Shown here one piece after another: positions 49,029-59,324 of a stretch of 64,000 nucleotides of DNA. The first letter of the stretch is position 1, and each line of letters begins with the position of its first letter. The stretch lies in assembly GCA_965203515.1 (NCBI GenBank), contig OZ241907.1, positions 2,240,001-2,304,000 of the forward strand, read 5' to 3'. A program made the translations under genes and the position numbers. The notes beneath the pieces were generated by a model. That model saw nothing but the letters and a program-made list of their open reading frames with translations, was not told where the DNA came from and ran no database searches. This DNA comes from Spirochaetia bacterium. Its GTDB lineage: Bacteria > Spirochaetota > Spirochaetia > SZUA-6 > Bin103.

Positions 49029-50254
49029 GCGCCGGAGCGGACCGGAGCCGGTTCGCCGGCCGATCGGTGCTGGTCTGCGTCACCGGCGGCATCGCCGCGT
49101 ACAAGGCGGCGGCCCTGGTCAGCGAGCTGGTGCAACTAGACCTTCGCGTGCGGGTCGCCATGTCCGCAGGAGCCCTGCGGTTCATCCAGCCGCTCACCTT
49201 TCAGGCGATCACCGGCGAACGGGTGGTCACCGACCTGTTCGATCCCGGCCATGCCGGCGTCCAGCACGTGCAGATGGCGGCGGCGCACGATCTGGTGGTG
49301 GTGGCGCCGGCTTCCGCCAACACCATGGCCCGTCTGGCCGCCGGCGCGGCCGACGACGTGGTGGCCGCCGCCGTGCTGGCCAGCCCCGCGCCGGTGCTGG
49401 TGGCGCCGGCGATGGAGAGCGCGATGTGGGACAAGCCGGCGACGCGGCGCAATGTCGAACGGCTCGCCGCCGACGGGATGACGATCATTCCGCCGGGAAC
49501 CGGCCGGCTGGCATCCGGCGCCCATGGGATCGGGCGCATGGCCGAGCCGGCCCTGATCGCCCGCTACGTCCGCCGCGCGCTTGGAGCCGGCGGCGACCTG
49601 CGCGGCCGCACCGTGCTGGTGACCGCCGGCGGCACGCGCGAGGCGCTCGATCCGGTTCGGACGCTGACCAACCGCTCGTCCGGCCTGATGGGCCGCGCCG
49701 TCGCCGCGGCCGCGCGCGACCGCGGGGCGGCCGTCACCCTGGTGACCACGGCCGCCGCAGAGCCGGAGCCCGGCATCACGCCGGTTCCGGTAGAGAGCGC
49801 GGCCGAGCTGGCGCGCGCCGTCAAACAGGGGCTGCCGAGCTGCGACGCGCTGGTCATGACGGCGGCGGTCGCCGACTTTCGTCCGGCGGCGCCGGCTCCG
49901 GGCAAGATCAAGAAGGCCGGCAGGCCGGCGTTGACGATCGTGCTGGAGCCGACCGAGGACATCCTGGCGGCGCTGGCCGACGGACGGGACGGCTGGCAGC
50001 GCCCGGCGGTGGTGGTGGGATTCGCTGCCGAGACCGAACGGCTGATGGAAGGAGCGCGCCGCAAGCTGGAGGCGAAGCGGCTCGACCTGATCGCCGCCAA
50101 CCGGGTCGGTGCGGACAGCCGGCCGTTCGGCGCCGCACGGGTCGCGCTGACGCTGATCGACCGGGCCGGGACCGCGGAGAGGCTCCCCGACCTGAGCAAG
50201 GAACAGGCCGCGCATCGGCTGCTGGACCGGGTGGCAGCGCTGCTCGAAGCCTGA
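49025..50254 (+). CDS. coaBC: Phosphopantothenoylcysteine decarboxylase/ligase
   Basis: TGGIAAYK, APASANT, APAMESAMW, TAGGTREALDPVR, NRSSG.MG, AAVADF, GFAAET. Confidence 0.94.
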   Translation: MSAGADRSRFAGRSVLVCVTGGIAAYKAAALVSELVQLDLRVRVAMSAGALRFIQPLTFQAITGERVVTDLFDPGHAGVQHVQMAAAHDLVVVAPASANTMARLAAGAADDVVAAAVLASPAPVLVAPAMESAMWDKPATRRNVERLAADGMTIIPPGTGRLASGAHGIGRMAEPALIARYVRRALGAGGDLRGRTVLVTAGGTREALDPVRTLTNRSSGLMGRAVAAAARDRGAAVTLVTTAAAEPEPGITPVPVESAAELARAVKQGLPSCDALVMTAAVADFRPAAPAPGKIKKAGRPALTIVLEPTEDILAALADGRDGWQRPAVVVGFAAETERLMEGARRKLEAKRLDLIAANRVGADSRPFGAARVALTLIDRAGTAERLPDLSKEQAAHRLLDRVAALLEA

Positions 50255-50266
50255 GTCCGGGCGGCG

Positions 50267-50476
50267 CTAGCCGGTTCCTTCGCCGGATTCCCCCGATCCC
50301 TTCAACGCCTTGCGGTCGCCTTCTTCGCCGTCCGCATCCTTCTGGCCGGTGGTCAGCCCCTTTTCGAACTCCGCCTTGGCGCGGCCGATCGAGCGCGCGA
50401 ACCGCGGGATCGCCGAGGCGCCGAACAGCACCAGGACGATCACGCCGACGATCAGTATCTCCGGATGACCAAGCAT
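50267..50476 (-). CDS. tatA: Twin-arginine translocase subunit TatA
   Basis: TM helix + LFGA..IP + amphipathic helix EFEKG. Confidence 0.88.
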   Translation of the reverse strand: MLGHPEILIVGVIVLVLFGASAIPRFARSIGRAKAEFEKGLTTGQKDADGEEGDRKALKGSGESGEGTG

Positions 50477-50481
50477 GCTTG

Positions 50482-50802
50482 CTACCTCTCTACCGCGTCC
50501 CCGGACGAGGTCCGGTCAGTATAGCCCGGCCGCGCGCCGGCGTCCTGCCGGTCCGGCGACGGCCGCGGCTGCATGGGATGGATCGCGTCGTCCGGCGGGG
50601 TGTCCGTGCCGGGCTCGGCGGCGGTCCGCTCCAACGCGGAGCCGATCTGCCGCATCTCCGTCTTGGCCCGGGCGATGGCGGTCTGCGCGCGCCGCACCAT
50701 CCGGCCGGCGGTACGGGCCGCGCGCGGCAGCTCGCTCGGTTTGACGAAGACCACGATCACCACCGCGATGGCGGCGATCTCCCAGATGCCAAGACCGAAC
50801 AC
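50482..50802 (-). CDS. tatB: Twin-arginine translocase subunit TatB-like
   Basis: MFGLGIWEI...KPSELPRAARTAG. Confidence 0.78.
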   Translation of the reverse strand: MFGLGIWEIAAIAVVIVVFVKPSELPRAARTAGRMVRRAQTAIARAKTEMRQIGSALERTAAEPGTDTPPDDAIHPMQPRPSPDRQDAGARPGYTDRTSSGDAVER

Positions 50803-51557
50803 TACCCGTCTCCCAACCGCAGTATACGGGCGATCAGGATCGTCAGAAAGAACATCCCCACCATCGGCAGGGCCAGGCTGATCTGCGACACGACGTCCGG
50901 CGGCGTGACCAGCGCCGCCACCGCGAACATGCCCACGATCGCAAAGCGGCTGGCGCGCAGCAGCCCGCGGCGGGTCACCACGCCGGCGCGCAGCAACAGC
51001 AGCAGCACCACCGGCATCTGGAAGACCAGCGCGAAGACCAGCAGCAGCTGCAGCAGGTAGAACACGTTGCGGTCGTAGCTCAGCAGGATGCCGACCCGCT
51101 CCGGGACGAACCCCGGCCCGGTGAGGAACTCCACCGACAGCGGCACCACCTCATAGTAGCCGTAGAGGAAGCCGACGCAGACCAGCGCCACGCTGGCCGC
51201 GAGCGAGCCGGCGATCACGCGCCGCTCCTTGCGCTGCAGGGCGGGAAACACGAACCTCACCACGTTGTAGCCGTGCACCGGCAGCGACACGATCACCCCG
51301 GCCAGCAGCGCCACCTTCACCCGGACCAGAAACCCCTCGAACAGCGACGTCGCGTAGAGTTGCCGCTCGCCGAGCCGCTCCCGGATCGCTTCCAGCGGCG
51401 CGAGCAGCAGATCGAGGATCGATTCATGGAGCGCGTAGCAGACGCCGGCAGCCACCAGCGCGGCGGCCAGCGACACGATCACCCGCCGCCGCAGCTCCTC
51501 GGCATGCTGAAGGAACGTCATGCGCGCCTCCGGCGGGCGCGGCGAGCGGCGGCTCAT
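50802..51557 (-). CDS. tatC: Twin-arginine translocase subunit TatC
   Basis: HAEELRRR, FVFPAL...ERR, FQMP, AALVTPPDVVSQ. Confidence 0.92.
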   Translation of the reverse strand: MSRRSPRPPEARMTFLQHAEELRRRVIVSLAAALVAAGVCYALHESILDLLLAPLEAIRERLGERQLYATSLFEGFLVRVKVALLAGVIVSLPVHGYNVVRFVFPALQRKERRVIAGSLAASVALVCVGFLYGYYEVVPLSVEFLTGPGFVPERVGILLSYDRNVFYLLQLLLVFALVFQMPVVLLLLLRAGVVTRRGLLRASRFAIVGMFAVAALVTPPDVVSQISLALPMVGMFFLTILIARILRLGDG

Positions 51558-53575
51558 CCACGTTCGGTCGCCGGCGCGCGCACCCTGCCGGCAGCCGCAG
51601 CGTCCGGACGCCGGAGCCGGCGGCGGACCAGCAGCGCGACCGCCGTGAGGAAGACGACCTCGACGGCGGCGTAGATGAGCAATCCGGGGAGCACCCCTTC
51701 GGTAAAGCCGTAGGAATGGAGCCCCACGCCGAGCTCGTTGATCCCGAACCAGGCCAGCATCACTACCATGATGCCGATCACCGAGCCGATCGCCATGCCG
51801 TACTCGCGGATCATCTTGCCCAGTCGCGCGTGGAACAACAGCGCGCACCACAACACGATCATCAACGCGCCGTTCTCCTTGGGGTCCCACCCCCAGAAGC
51901 GGCCCCACGACTGATCGGCCCAGATGCCGCCGAGCATGGTGCCGGTGAACGACAGGATCAGCCCGAACGCCAGCGCGCCGAACAGCAGCCGGTAGGTCTG
52001 CCGCAGACGGGCATCGCCGCCGCGGCCCTCGACGAACTGGAACAGGTAGACGTGGCCGACGAAGCCGGCGAACACGCAGGCGCAGTATCCGAAGGTGATC
52101 ACCACCACGTGCGTCGACAGCCAGAAGTTGGTGTCGAGGACGGCCTGCAGTTGCCGCAGCGTGTCGCCCTCCGCCGCGAACTTGCCGGAGATCCACAGCA
52201 GCAGAAAGCCGATCGCCAATCCGCTCAGGGTGCCGATGCCATTGCCGCGCGCCTGACGCAGATAGAGGCCGGCGCCGGCGGCGCCCCAGGCGACGAACAC
52301 GAACGTTTCGTACAGGTTGGTGACCGGCGGCCGGCCGCTGATGAGCATCCGCAGCAGGATGCCCGCGGTGTGGATGGCAAAGCCGACCGCCAGCGCGCCC
52401 ACGCCGGCCCGTTCGACCAGCGGGCGACCGATCAGCAGGGCCAGCAACGCCAGCGCGGTGCCCAGCAGGTAGGCCCAGCGGGCATAGGAGAGCGGATCCA
52501 CGCGGCGGTAGAGGAGCTCCAGCGCCGGATCGGGCAGCGCCATGGCGGTTCCCAGGCGCTGCTCCTGAGCGAGCTCGAACGTGCGCGCCGCAAGATCGAA
52601 CCGCGCCTGCCGCCCCTCGACGTAGGCGACCTGCAGATCGCGCAGCGCGATCAACTCGTCACCGGCCAGCGCTGCCAGCTCCGGCTCCGCCAGCGCCTGC
52701 CAGGGGCTCAGCCACCGTTCCTGTTCCGCGCTCGCCAACGGGATGATCGGCAGCGGCAGGCTCCCGTACGCCTGGTCCCACAGCCGCAGGTTCCGCACCA
52801 GACCCAACACGATGCGGTCGGTATCGGAGAGCGCGCCGGACTCGCCATGGTCGGCGATCGCCGCGGCGGCGCGCTCCTCCACCAGCGTCCGCCGCATCGC
52901 GATATCGAGGTAGCTGTACGGACCCGGGTTGGGCAGTTGCAACGCGCCGGCCGCCGCGTCCGAGTCGACCAGAAACGCCTCCTGGTCCGGATAGGTGAAG
53001 CCAAAGGAGGCGAGCAGCCCGGTGAAGTCCCACAGGTTGTTCCGAACGCGGATCAATTCCCGCTGCACCGGGCTCCGCCGCTCGGCAGGGACCTCCGTGG
53101 CCAATCTCGCCAGCTCGTCGAGCTCCACGATGCCCGCGCGGATCTCCTCGAAGCTGTAGCGGCCGCGCCCCCGCGATGGCGCGCCGATCGCCTCCAGCAC
53201 CTCCGGGTGGTCGATCAGGAATACCTCGTCGCGATGGGTCTTCTGCGGGGTCAGCAGCACCCGCGCCAGCCAATCGATCGCCGGCCGGCCGGCATACCGC
53301 TCGCGGCCGGAGTAGCGCAGCAGCGTGTTGCGCGCAAAGCTGTCGAGCGGCTTGGGCCGCCCGTCCTCGATCACCAGCAGCGGCCGGAGCGCCGCGGCGC
53401 TGGCGATTTCCGGCTCCGGCGGCTCGTATCCCGTAGAGCGGTCGCCGCGCCCGAAGCGCCCGATCATCGACGCCGCCAGCACCGCCAGCACCGCCAGCAC
53501 CGCCAGCAGGAGGATGCGCGTCGACCGCGCCATGCCGCCGGCGGGCCCGATCAAGGGGGCCGAACCGGCGCTCAC
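51554..53575 (-). CDS. ccsA: Cytochrome c biogenesis protein CcsA/ResC (system II) with large periplasmic domain
   Basis: GRPKPLDSFAR, RPPVTNLYE, WLSTHV, GGIWADQSWGRFWGWDPKE, GLHSY. Confidence 0.9.
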   Translation of the reverse strand: MSAGSAPLIGPAGGMARSTRILLLAVLAVLAVLAASMIGRFGRGDRSTGYEPPEPEIASAAALRPLLVIEDGRPKPLDSFARNTLLRYSGRERYAGRPAIDWLARVLLTPQKTHRDEVFLIDHPEVLEAIGAPSRGRGRYSFEEIRAGIVELDELARLATEVPAERRSPVQRELIRVRNNLWDFTGLLASFGFTYPDQEAFLVDSDAAAGALQLPNPGPYSYLDIAMRRTLVEERAAAAIADHGESGALSDTDRIVLGLVRNLRLWDQAYGSLPLPIIPLASAEQERWLSPWQALAEPELAALAGDELIALRDLQVAYVEGRQARFDLAARTFELAQEQRLGTAMALPDPALELLYRRVDPLSYARWAYLLGTALALLALLIGRPLVERAGVGALAVGFAIHTAGILLRMLISGRPPVTNLYETFVFVAWGAAGAGLYLRQARGNGIGTLSGLAIGFLLLWISGKFAAEGDTLRQLQAVLDTNFWLSTHVVVITFGYCACVFAGFVGHVYLFQFVEGRGGDARLRQTYRLLFGALAFGLILSFTGTMLGGIWADQSWGRFWGWDPKENGALMIVLWCALLFHARLGKMIREYGMAIGSVIGIMVVMLAWFGINELGVGLHSYGFTEGVLPGLLIYAAVEVVFLTAVALLVRRRLRRPDAAAAGRVRAPATERG

Positions 53576-54717
53576 GACGGCTCCGGTACGGCGGCGCGGC
53601 GGCGCCGGCCGGGGCGGACCAGGGTCTGGACGAAATGGACGACCAGGCCGATGGCGATCAGGGCGGTCGCCACGTACGGGACCAGACGGCCCCGGTTTTC
53701 CACGACCGCCAACGTCGAATAGGCAGCGCCGGCGGCGTCGAAGTCATAGGAAGCCTGATAGAAGGTGAAGCCGTCGAACCGCAGCGGCTTGTTCATGGAG
53801 ATCAGCACCGGCCGGCGGGTGCCGGGCGCCTCCAGGATCACGTCGCTCTGAAACGACCGGGGCGTGTCGGTGCCGGGGTAGAACTCGGCGCGAAAGTCCT
53901 GCAGGCCGATCAGCGCCGGCAACTCGTAGCGCGCGCGGCGCAGGGAGAACGCGTAGCGCCGGCCGCCCAGCGTCACCGGGGTCGGGGCCGGATCGAGCGC
54001 CCACAGTATGAGCGAGGCGCTCTCCGAACCGCCGCTCACGCGCAGGATCACGCCGGGCTGGTTCTCCTCCGGGCGGACCGAGCGCCGCCGCGGCTGCAGG
54101 CCGGCGATGCCGCGCGCGTTCAGGAATGGGCTGGCCCGACCCTCGCGCGGCAGGAAGGCGTCCGCGCTCGGGTGGTTCTCTTCCACCAGCATGGTCAGGC
54201 CCAGCGCGGACAGCGACACCTGATCGCCGGCAGCCAGACGCCTCACGTCGACGGCGCTCACGTCGCGCGCCTCGGTCCCTTCACGCCAAGCGGCCACCTC
54301 CCACGCGAAGTAATCCTCGCTGGTGTTGCGCCACTCCCCCTCCTGCAGACGGAGGAAGGACTCCTGCGCGAAGTAGGAGGTGAAGAACATGCCGAAGAAC
54401 ATGACGAACATGCCCAGGTGGGTGATCAGGATGCCGACCCGGGACCATCGATAGACGAACCGAAAGGCGGTGACCGCCAGCAGGTTGACGAACAGCACCC
54501 AGAGCACGAGCTGCGCGCCGGGCAGCGGCACGATGCCGCCCACCAGGGTCACCCACGCCCCGAAATAGCGCTGCTGGGCGTCGTAGAGGCCGTGCGATAC
54601 CTGATGGAAGGTGCCGAGCAGCGTCAGCAGGAACAGCAGCGCCAGGCAGACCACGGTGACGCGCAGGTCTATCGCGGCCCGCACCAGCGGACTGCGCCGG
54701 ATCGCCTGAACCAGCAT
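53572..54717 (-). CDS. Cytochrome c biogenesis protein ResB/CcsB-like
   Basis: LLGT TM, GILITHLG, YPGTDTPRSFQS, ISMNKPLRFDGFTFYQAS. Confidence 0.85.
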   Translation of the reverse strand: MLVQAIRRSPLVRAAIDLRVTVVCLALLFLLTLLGTFHQVSHGLYDAQQRYFGAWVTLVGGIVPLPGAQLVLWVLFVNLLAVTAFRFVYRWSRVGILITHLGMFVMFFGMFFTSYFAQESFLRLQEGEWRNTSEDYFAWEVAAWREGTEARDVSAVDVRRLAAGDQVSLSALGLTMLVEENHPSADAFLPREGRASPFLNARGIAGLQPRRRSVRPEENQPGVILRVSGGSESASLILWALDPAPTPVTLGGRRYAFSLRRARYELPALIGLQDFRAEFYPGTDTPRSFQSDVILEAPGTRRPVLISMNKPLRFDGFTFYQASYDFDAAGAAYSTLAVVENRGRLVPYVATALIAIGLVVHFVQTLVRPGRRRRAAVPEPS

Positions 54718-54720
54718 CCG

Positions 54721-55344
54721 CTAGCCCCCGTAATCGGCGCCGGCGGATCGCGGGCCGAACGAGGTCAGGAGTTCCACGAACGCCGCCCGCTGCTCGGCCA
54801 GGACGCCGGCCGGCGCCTCCGCCTTGACGAACAGCGTCTGGCCGCCGGCCGAGGCGATCGCCGTCAGGAAGGCCGTATCGTTCCGGCCGGCGACCAGGGA
54901 AGTGAAGTCGAAGACGGTGAAGTCGAGCTCGCCCCGCACGGACGACGAGCCGTTCAGGAAGGCGCGCACGCGGTCGGAGGGCAGGCTCAGGTCGAGCTGC
55001 GTGAGCCACCGCCGCACGTTGGCTTCCACCCCGCCGGCATCGCCCGCCAGCGCCACCACCGTGCTCTCCCCGCCGCCCGGCAGCCCGAACCGCGCCAAGC
55101 GAAGTCCGTCACCGGGCAGCTCGCTCCATTCGCTCGGGGTCACCCAACGCCAGTTCGCGTCCGTCCCCGCGCCGGCGCCGGCATCGGTTCCGGTCGAATC
55201 GAACAGCGCGCCGACCGGCGTCGGGGCTACCGTCACCTCTCGGTAGGAACGGATCTCGACCTCCCGGTCGCAACCGGCGAGCGTCCCCAGCGCCGCCAAC
55301 ATGACCGCAAGGCAGACGGGCGCCCGGCGCGTGCTCGACCCCAT
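54721..55344 (-). CDS. Putative lipoprotein
   Basis: Lipobox LAGC; WVTPSEW, GGVEANVRRWLTQL. Confidence 0.7.
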   Translation of the reverse strand: MGSSTRRAPVCLAVMLAALGTLAGCDREVEIRSYREVTVAPTPVGALFDSTGTDAGAGAGTDANWRWVTPSEWSELPGDGLRLARFGLPGGGESTVVALAGDAGGVEANVRRWLTQLDLSLPSDRVRAFLNGSSSVRGELDFTVFDFTSLVAGRNDTAFLTAIASAGGQTLFVKAEAPAGVLAEQRAAFVELLTSFGPRSAGADYGG

Positions 55345-55406
55345 CGATCCCGACACCAGGATACGGCCGGCCACGCATCGGTTCAAGCGCCCGCGCGGGC
55401 ACCGGA

Positions 55407-55718
55407 TCACGCCGGGGAGTCGTCGATGTCGGCAAGACGGCGCACCGACGTCACGCCGGACCGCGGTACCGACACGCTGGGAAACCGCTTCCAGACGCCG
55501 TAGCGCGCCGCTCGGGACAGATACTCGACCTTGGAGATGCCGTCGGCCCCTTCCTCGTGGCAGTCCGCGTCCAACAGCAGCAGGGAACCGTCGCCGCGCT
55601 CTTCGAAGAAGCGCCCGACGTAGACCGGGCCGTCGGTATCGACCACGACGGTGATGCCGTGCAGCTCACCGAGGTGTCGATGCTCGGGGGCGGCAAACGA
55701 TTGCCGGCGTTCAGCCAT
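55407..55718 (-). CDS. Small hypothetical protein
   Basis: 103-aa ORF co-oriented with the operon; beta-rich pattern. Confidence 0.6.
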   Translation of the reverse strand: MAERRQSFAAPEHRHLGELHGITVVVDTDGPVYVGRFFEERGDGSLLLLDADCHEEGADGISKVEYLSRAARYGVWKRFPSVSVPRSGVTSVRRLADIDDSPA

Positions 55719-55754
55719 GAGGACCGCCTGGATCGGACGCGCGGGTCGGCGGAT

Positions 55755-56174
55755 TCAGCCGCAGTGGCGGTCGAACAGCTTCCGCAGGTCGGCGGCGATC
55801 GACTGCGGTTCGCGGCCCTCGATGCGGTGGCGGGGAAACAGGTGCACCAACTCGCCGCCGCGGAACAACGCGAACGAAGGGCTCGACGGCGGATAGTCGG
55901 CGAAGTAGCTCCGCGCCCGCTCGGTCGCCTCCAGGTCCTGTCCGGCGAACACGGTGGCGACGCGCTGCGGCCTGGGGCCCTGTTGCAACGCGAGGGCCAC
56001 GGCCGGGCGAGCGCTGCCGGCAGCGCATCCGCATACCGAATTGACCACCAGGAACGCGGTGCCGTCGGTCTCCGCCATGAACCGATCGACATCCGCGGGG
56101 GACATCAGCTCGTCGACGCCGATACGCGCAAGCTCGTCGCGCATCGGCTGCACCATCACAGGGTCGTATGGCAT
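55755..56174 (-). CDS. BrxA/BrxB-family bacilliredoxin
   Basis: VNSVCGCAAGSARP, TVFAGQD.EAT, PPSSPS, RHRIEGR. Confidence 0.9.
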   Translation of the reverse strand: MPYDPVMVQPMRDELARIGVDELMSPADVDRFMAETDGTAFLVVNSVCGCAAGSARPAVALALQQGPRPQRVATVFAGQDLEATERARSYFADYPPSSPSFALFRGGELVHLFPRHRIEGREPQSIAADLRKLFDRHCG

Positions 56175-56241
56175 GGATACCTCCACTCTCCGGGGATACC
56201 GGCGCGCGCGGCGATCGGTCTCTCCCCGGATGCTCTGGCGT

Positions 56242-57063
56242 TCACCCTAACGTCCGCACCGGTTCTCGTCGACCCGCCGAAGCGGCGCCGTTGGCGATAA
56301 CCGGCATGGGCCGCTTGCGGCTGGCGGCGATACCGCCAAAACGCCGCTCCCGTCTGCGGAACTCGACGATGGCCGCGTCCAGATCGGCCCGCGTGAAGTC
56401 GGGCCAGAGCGTCTGCGTGAAGACCAGCTCGGCATAGGCGGCTTCCCAGAGCAGAAAGTCGCTCAGTCGTTGCTCGCCTCCGGTCCGTACGATCAGGTCG
56501 ACGTCCGCCAGATCGCCGCTGCCGCCGGTCAGCGTGCGGGCAAAATCGTAGCGCGTGGGCGCGTCGCCGGCCGGCAGCCGCGCGGCCGCGGCCAGGATGG
56601 CGTCGCGCGCCGAGTAATCGGCCGCGATGCGCAGCAGCAGCCGGTCGCAGGTTCGCGTCGCCGCCTCGCTGCGCTCGATCTCGCGCCGCAGCGCCGCGGG
56701 GAAGCGATCGCGGCGGCCGATGAACGAGACGCGCACCCCGCGCTGCGCGCAGTTGCCGGTCTCCTGCTGCAGGTACCACTGGAACAGCGACAGCAGTATC
56801 CGCACCTCGGCGGACGGCCGGCGCCAGTTGTCCGAGGAGAACGCATACAGCGTCAGCACGCGGATGCCCAGGTCGGCCGCGCACTCGACCGCCTCGCGCA
56901 CCGCGGCGGTGCCGGCCCGATACCCGTCGTAGCGCGACAGGCGCCGCGCTTCCGCCCAGCGCCCGTTGCCGTCCATGATGATGCCGACGTGCCACGGTCC
57001 GGCGCCGGCGCCGTTCCCGTTCGCAGTTCCCGTTCCGTTCCCGCCGTTGACGCCGGACATCAC
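56242..57063 (-). CDS. uppS: cis-prenyltransferase (undecaprenyl diphosphate synthase)
   Basis: [49 protein letters not shown]. Confidence 0.92.
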   Translation of the reverse strand: MMSGVNGGNGTGTANGNGAGAGPWHVGIIMDGNGRWAEARRLSRYDGYRAGTAAVREAVECAADLGIRVLTLYAFSSDNWRRPSAEVRILLSLFQWYLQQETGNCAQRGVRVSFIGRRDRFPAALRREIERSEAATRTCDRLLLRIAADYSARDAILAAAARLPAGDAPTRYDFARTLTGGSGDLADVDLIVRTGGEQRLSDFLLWEAAYAELVFTQTLWPDFTRADLDAAIVEFRRRERRFGGIAASRKRPMPVIANGAASAGRREPVRTLG

Positions 57064-57569
57064 GAACCGCCCAGTGCGCCGGTCGCCACCGGATACGCGA
57101 CCAGATCGCCGTCCGCGCCCGCGTCCCGGAAGCCGGGAGGACCGTCACCGAGCCGCCCGATCGCCGAGATCAGCGCCTCCATGCGCCGCAGGTACGCCTC
57201 CAGCGCCTCACGGCCGGCCCGAGTCAGGGCGAACGTGGTGCGGGGCTGACGCCCGCGGAAGCCCTTGCGCACGGCGATGTAGCCGGCGTCCTCGAGCTTG
57301 CGGGCATGCACGCTGAGGTTGCCGTCGGTCACGCCGAGCAGCGACTTCATCTCCCGGAAGCTCATGGCCTGCGCCGCCGACAGCGAGCTGAGAATCGCCA
57401 GCCGGGTCCGTTCATGCACCACCGTATCGAAGGTCCTCGCGCTGGCGGCCAGTCCCTGCGCCGGATGCAACGACCGGGCACCGGCCTCCGGCGGACCGCT
57501 TTCCAGCGCCGGACCGCTTTCCAGCGTCGGACCGCTTTCCAGCGTCGGACCGCCGCCCTCAGCCGCCAT
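57060..57569 (-). CDS. Winged-helix transcriptional regulator
   Basis: [41 protein letters not shown]. Confidence 0.85.
   Translation of the reverse strand: MAAEGGGPTLESGPTLESGPALESGPPEAGARSLHPAQGLAASARTFDTVVHERTRLAILSSLSAAQAMSFREMKSLLGVTDGNLSVHARKLEDAGYIAVRKGFRGRQPRTTFALTRAGREALEAYLRRMEALISAIGRLGDGPPGFRDAGADGDLVAYPVATGALGGS
57492..57553. repeat. 18-bp tandem repeat x3 (encodes GP(T/A)LES)
   Basis: CGGACCGCTTTCCAGCGY units. Confidence 0.88.
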
Positions 57570-58134
57570 GTCGGTTGGCGATATGCGCACCGAACGCCAC
57601 GTGCAGGACGCCGAAGCCGCACACCATCAGAACCGGACCCGCCGGCGCGTACAGGAGCGCCGCGGCGCCGAGCAACAGAAAGCCGGTCCCCATGATCGCC
57701 ACGCTGCGCACCGAGAACGCGCCGCCGGTCAGCGCGGCGATGCCGTACAGGCTGAGCCACGCTCCCGGCATCAGATGGCGCGCTCCGGCCGCGTCGAGCG
57801 CTCCGGTGAGCAAAGCGCCCACGATCAGCGGCGGGATGAAGGTGACGACGAACGACTGAGCCGGCCGCGACCAGAGGGACAGCCCGCCACGCCGCGCCTT
57901 CAGCGCCATCGCGGTCACCCCGGTGACGAAGGCCGCTACGGCGGTCGTCAGCCAGATCGTCAGCCACATTTCCGGCATGAGCCGCGTAGCGCCGTACGCG
58001 GCGACGGCGCCGGACCCCATCAGGACCATGCCGATACCGGGCACGGCGTCGAACCGCACCGCCCGTTCCATCGTCGTACGGATGAACCGCAGCTCGTCCG
58101 CCGCATGCCGGTCCATCGCAATCGGAGTTGTCAT
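57559..58134 (-). CDS. Hypothetical membrane protein, partner of the regulator
   Basis: AADELRFIRTTMERA, then about 6 TM segments; GFGVLH. Confidence 0.75.
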   Translation of the reverse strand: MTTPIAMDRHAADELRFIRTTMERAVRFDAVPGIGMVLMGSGAVAAYGATRLMPEMWLTIWLTTAVAAFVTGVTAMALKARRGGLSLWSRPAQSFVVTFIPPLIVGALLTGALDAAGARHLMPGAWLSLYGIAALTGGAFSVRSVAIMGTGFLLLGAAALLYAPAGPVLMVCGFGVLHVAFGAHIANRHGG

Positions 58135-58196
58135 CGCGCGCAGTGTGCCACCGAATCCGCCCTCGTTCAAGTGCTTTATCCTTCAAAGCAGACCGT

Positions 58197-59312
58197 TCAT
58201 CCCGGTTCGCCGCCCGCTCCCGCGGCCCGGTCGGCGTTCGGCGCATCGTCGTTTGGCGCGGCAAGCTCGTCTCCGCCGACCGCAAGGCCCCGGCGCTGCA
58301 TGCGCCGCGCCCACAGCCGGCGCGCCAACTCCTGCATGTCGGTCGCGGGATCGGTCTCGTCGACGATCTCCAGGCCGAGCAGCGTCTCGATGAGGTCTTC
58401 GACGGTGACGATGCCGGCCGTCCCGCCGTACTGATCCACGATCAGCGCGATGTGCTCGTGGCGCCCCAGCAACCGGGAGAAGGCCGCGCGTAACGACAGC
58501 GTATCCGGCAACGGCGGGATGTCGCGGCGCAGCGAGGCGACGGGCCGATCGCCTTCCCCGCGCGCGACGCCAAGCAGCAACTCGTAGCGCAGCACGTACC
58601 CGGTTACGGAATCGATGCTGCCCCGGTAGATCGGGATCCGCGACGGCCGCAGGTCGGCGGCGGCCGCCTCCGCCAGCGTCTGCGATTCGTCGAGCGCCAC
58701 CACCACCGTGCGCGGCGTCATCGCGTACCGCACCGTACGTTCCCCGAACCGCATCACGCTTTCCAGAATGCGCGACTCGTCCGCCTCGATGACGCCATGG
58801 CTGCGACCCAGACGGGCGATCGCCCTGATCTCGTCCCGGCTGACGGCTACAGCCGACCGGTCGCGGGCGATCAGGGCCGCGATGCGGTTGGAGAAGACCA
58901 CCATCGGATACATGGCGACGATCAGACCCTGGATCGCCCACGCGGCCGGCGCCGCCAGATGGCGCCAGTAGGTGGCGCCGAGCGTCTTGGGAATGATTTC
59001 GGAAAAGATCAGCACCAGGAGCGTCAACGCCCCTGAGACCACACCGACCGGCACGCTGTCGAAGACCTCTCCGGCCCGCCATCCCACCGCCGATGCGCCG
59101 GCGGTGTTGGCGATGGTATTCAGGGTGAGGATCGCCGCCAGCGGCCGGTCCATGTCGTTCTTGAGCCGGTGCAGCAGGCTCCCGATGCGTCGCCCGGCGT
59201 GCCGCTCGGCCGCCGCGTAGCTGGGGGTCACGCTCAGTATCACCGCCTCCAGCACCGAGCACAGAAAGGAGAACGTCAGCGTGCCCGCCGTCAGGATCAG
59301 CAGGAGCGCCAT
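58197..59312 (-). CDS. CNNM/hemolysin-family CBS-domain protein
   Basis: SFLCSVLEA, AILTLNT, FSEIIPK, MTPR, VDQYGGTAGIVTVEDLIE. Confidence 0.9.
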   Translation of the reverse strand: MALLLILTAGTLTFSFLCSVLEAVILSVTPSYAAAERHAGRRIGSLLHRLKNDMDRPLAAILTLNTIANTAGASAVGWRAGEVFDSVPVGVVSGALTLLVLIFSEIIPKTLGATYWRHLAAPAAWAIQGLIVAMYPMVVFSNRIAALIARDRSAVAVSRDEIRAIARLGRSHGVIEADESRILESVMRFGERTVRYAMTPRTVVVALDESQTLAEAAAADLRPSRIPIYRGSIDSVTGYVLRYELLLGVARGEGDRPVASLRRDIPPLPDTLSLRAAFSRLLGRHEHIALIVDQYGGTAGIVTVEDLIETLLGLEIVDETDPATDMQELARRLWARRMQRRGLAVGGDELAAPNDDAPNADRAAGAGGEPG

Positions 59313-59324
59313 GACCGGACCGTC

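Noticed and set aside
53475..53507. 9-bp tandem repeat in ccsA
   Set aside because: Simply encodes Ala-Val-Leu repeats of a TM helix
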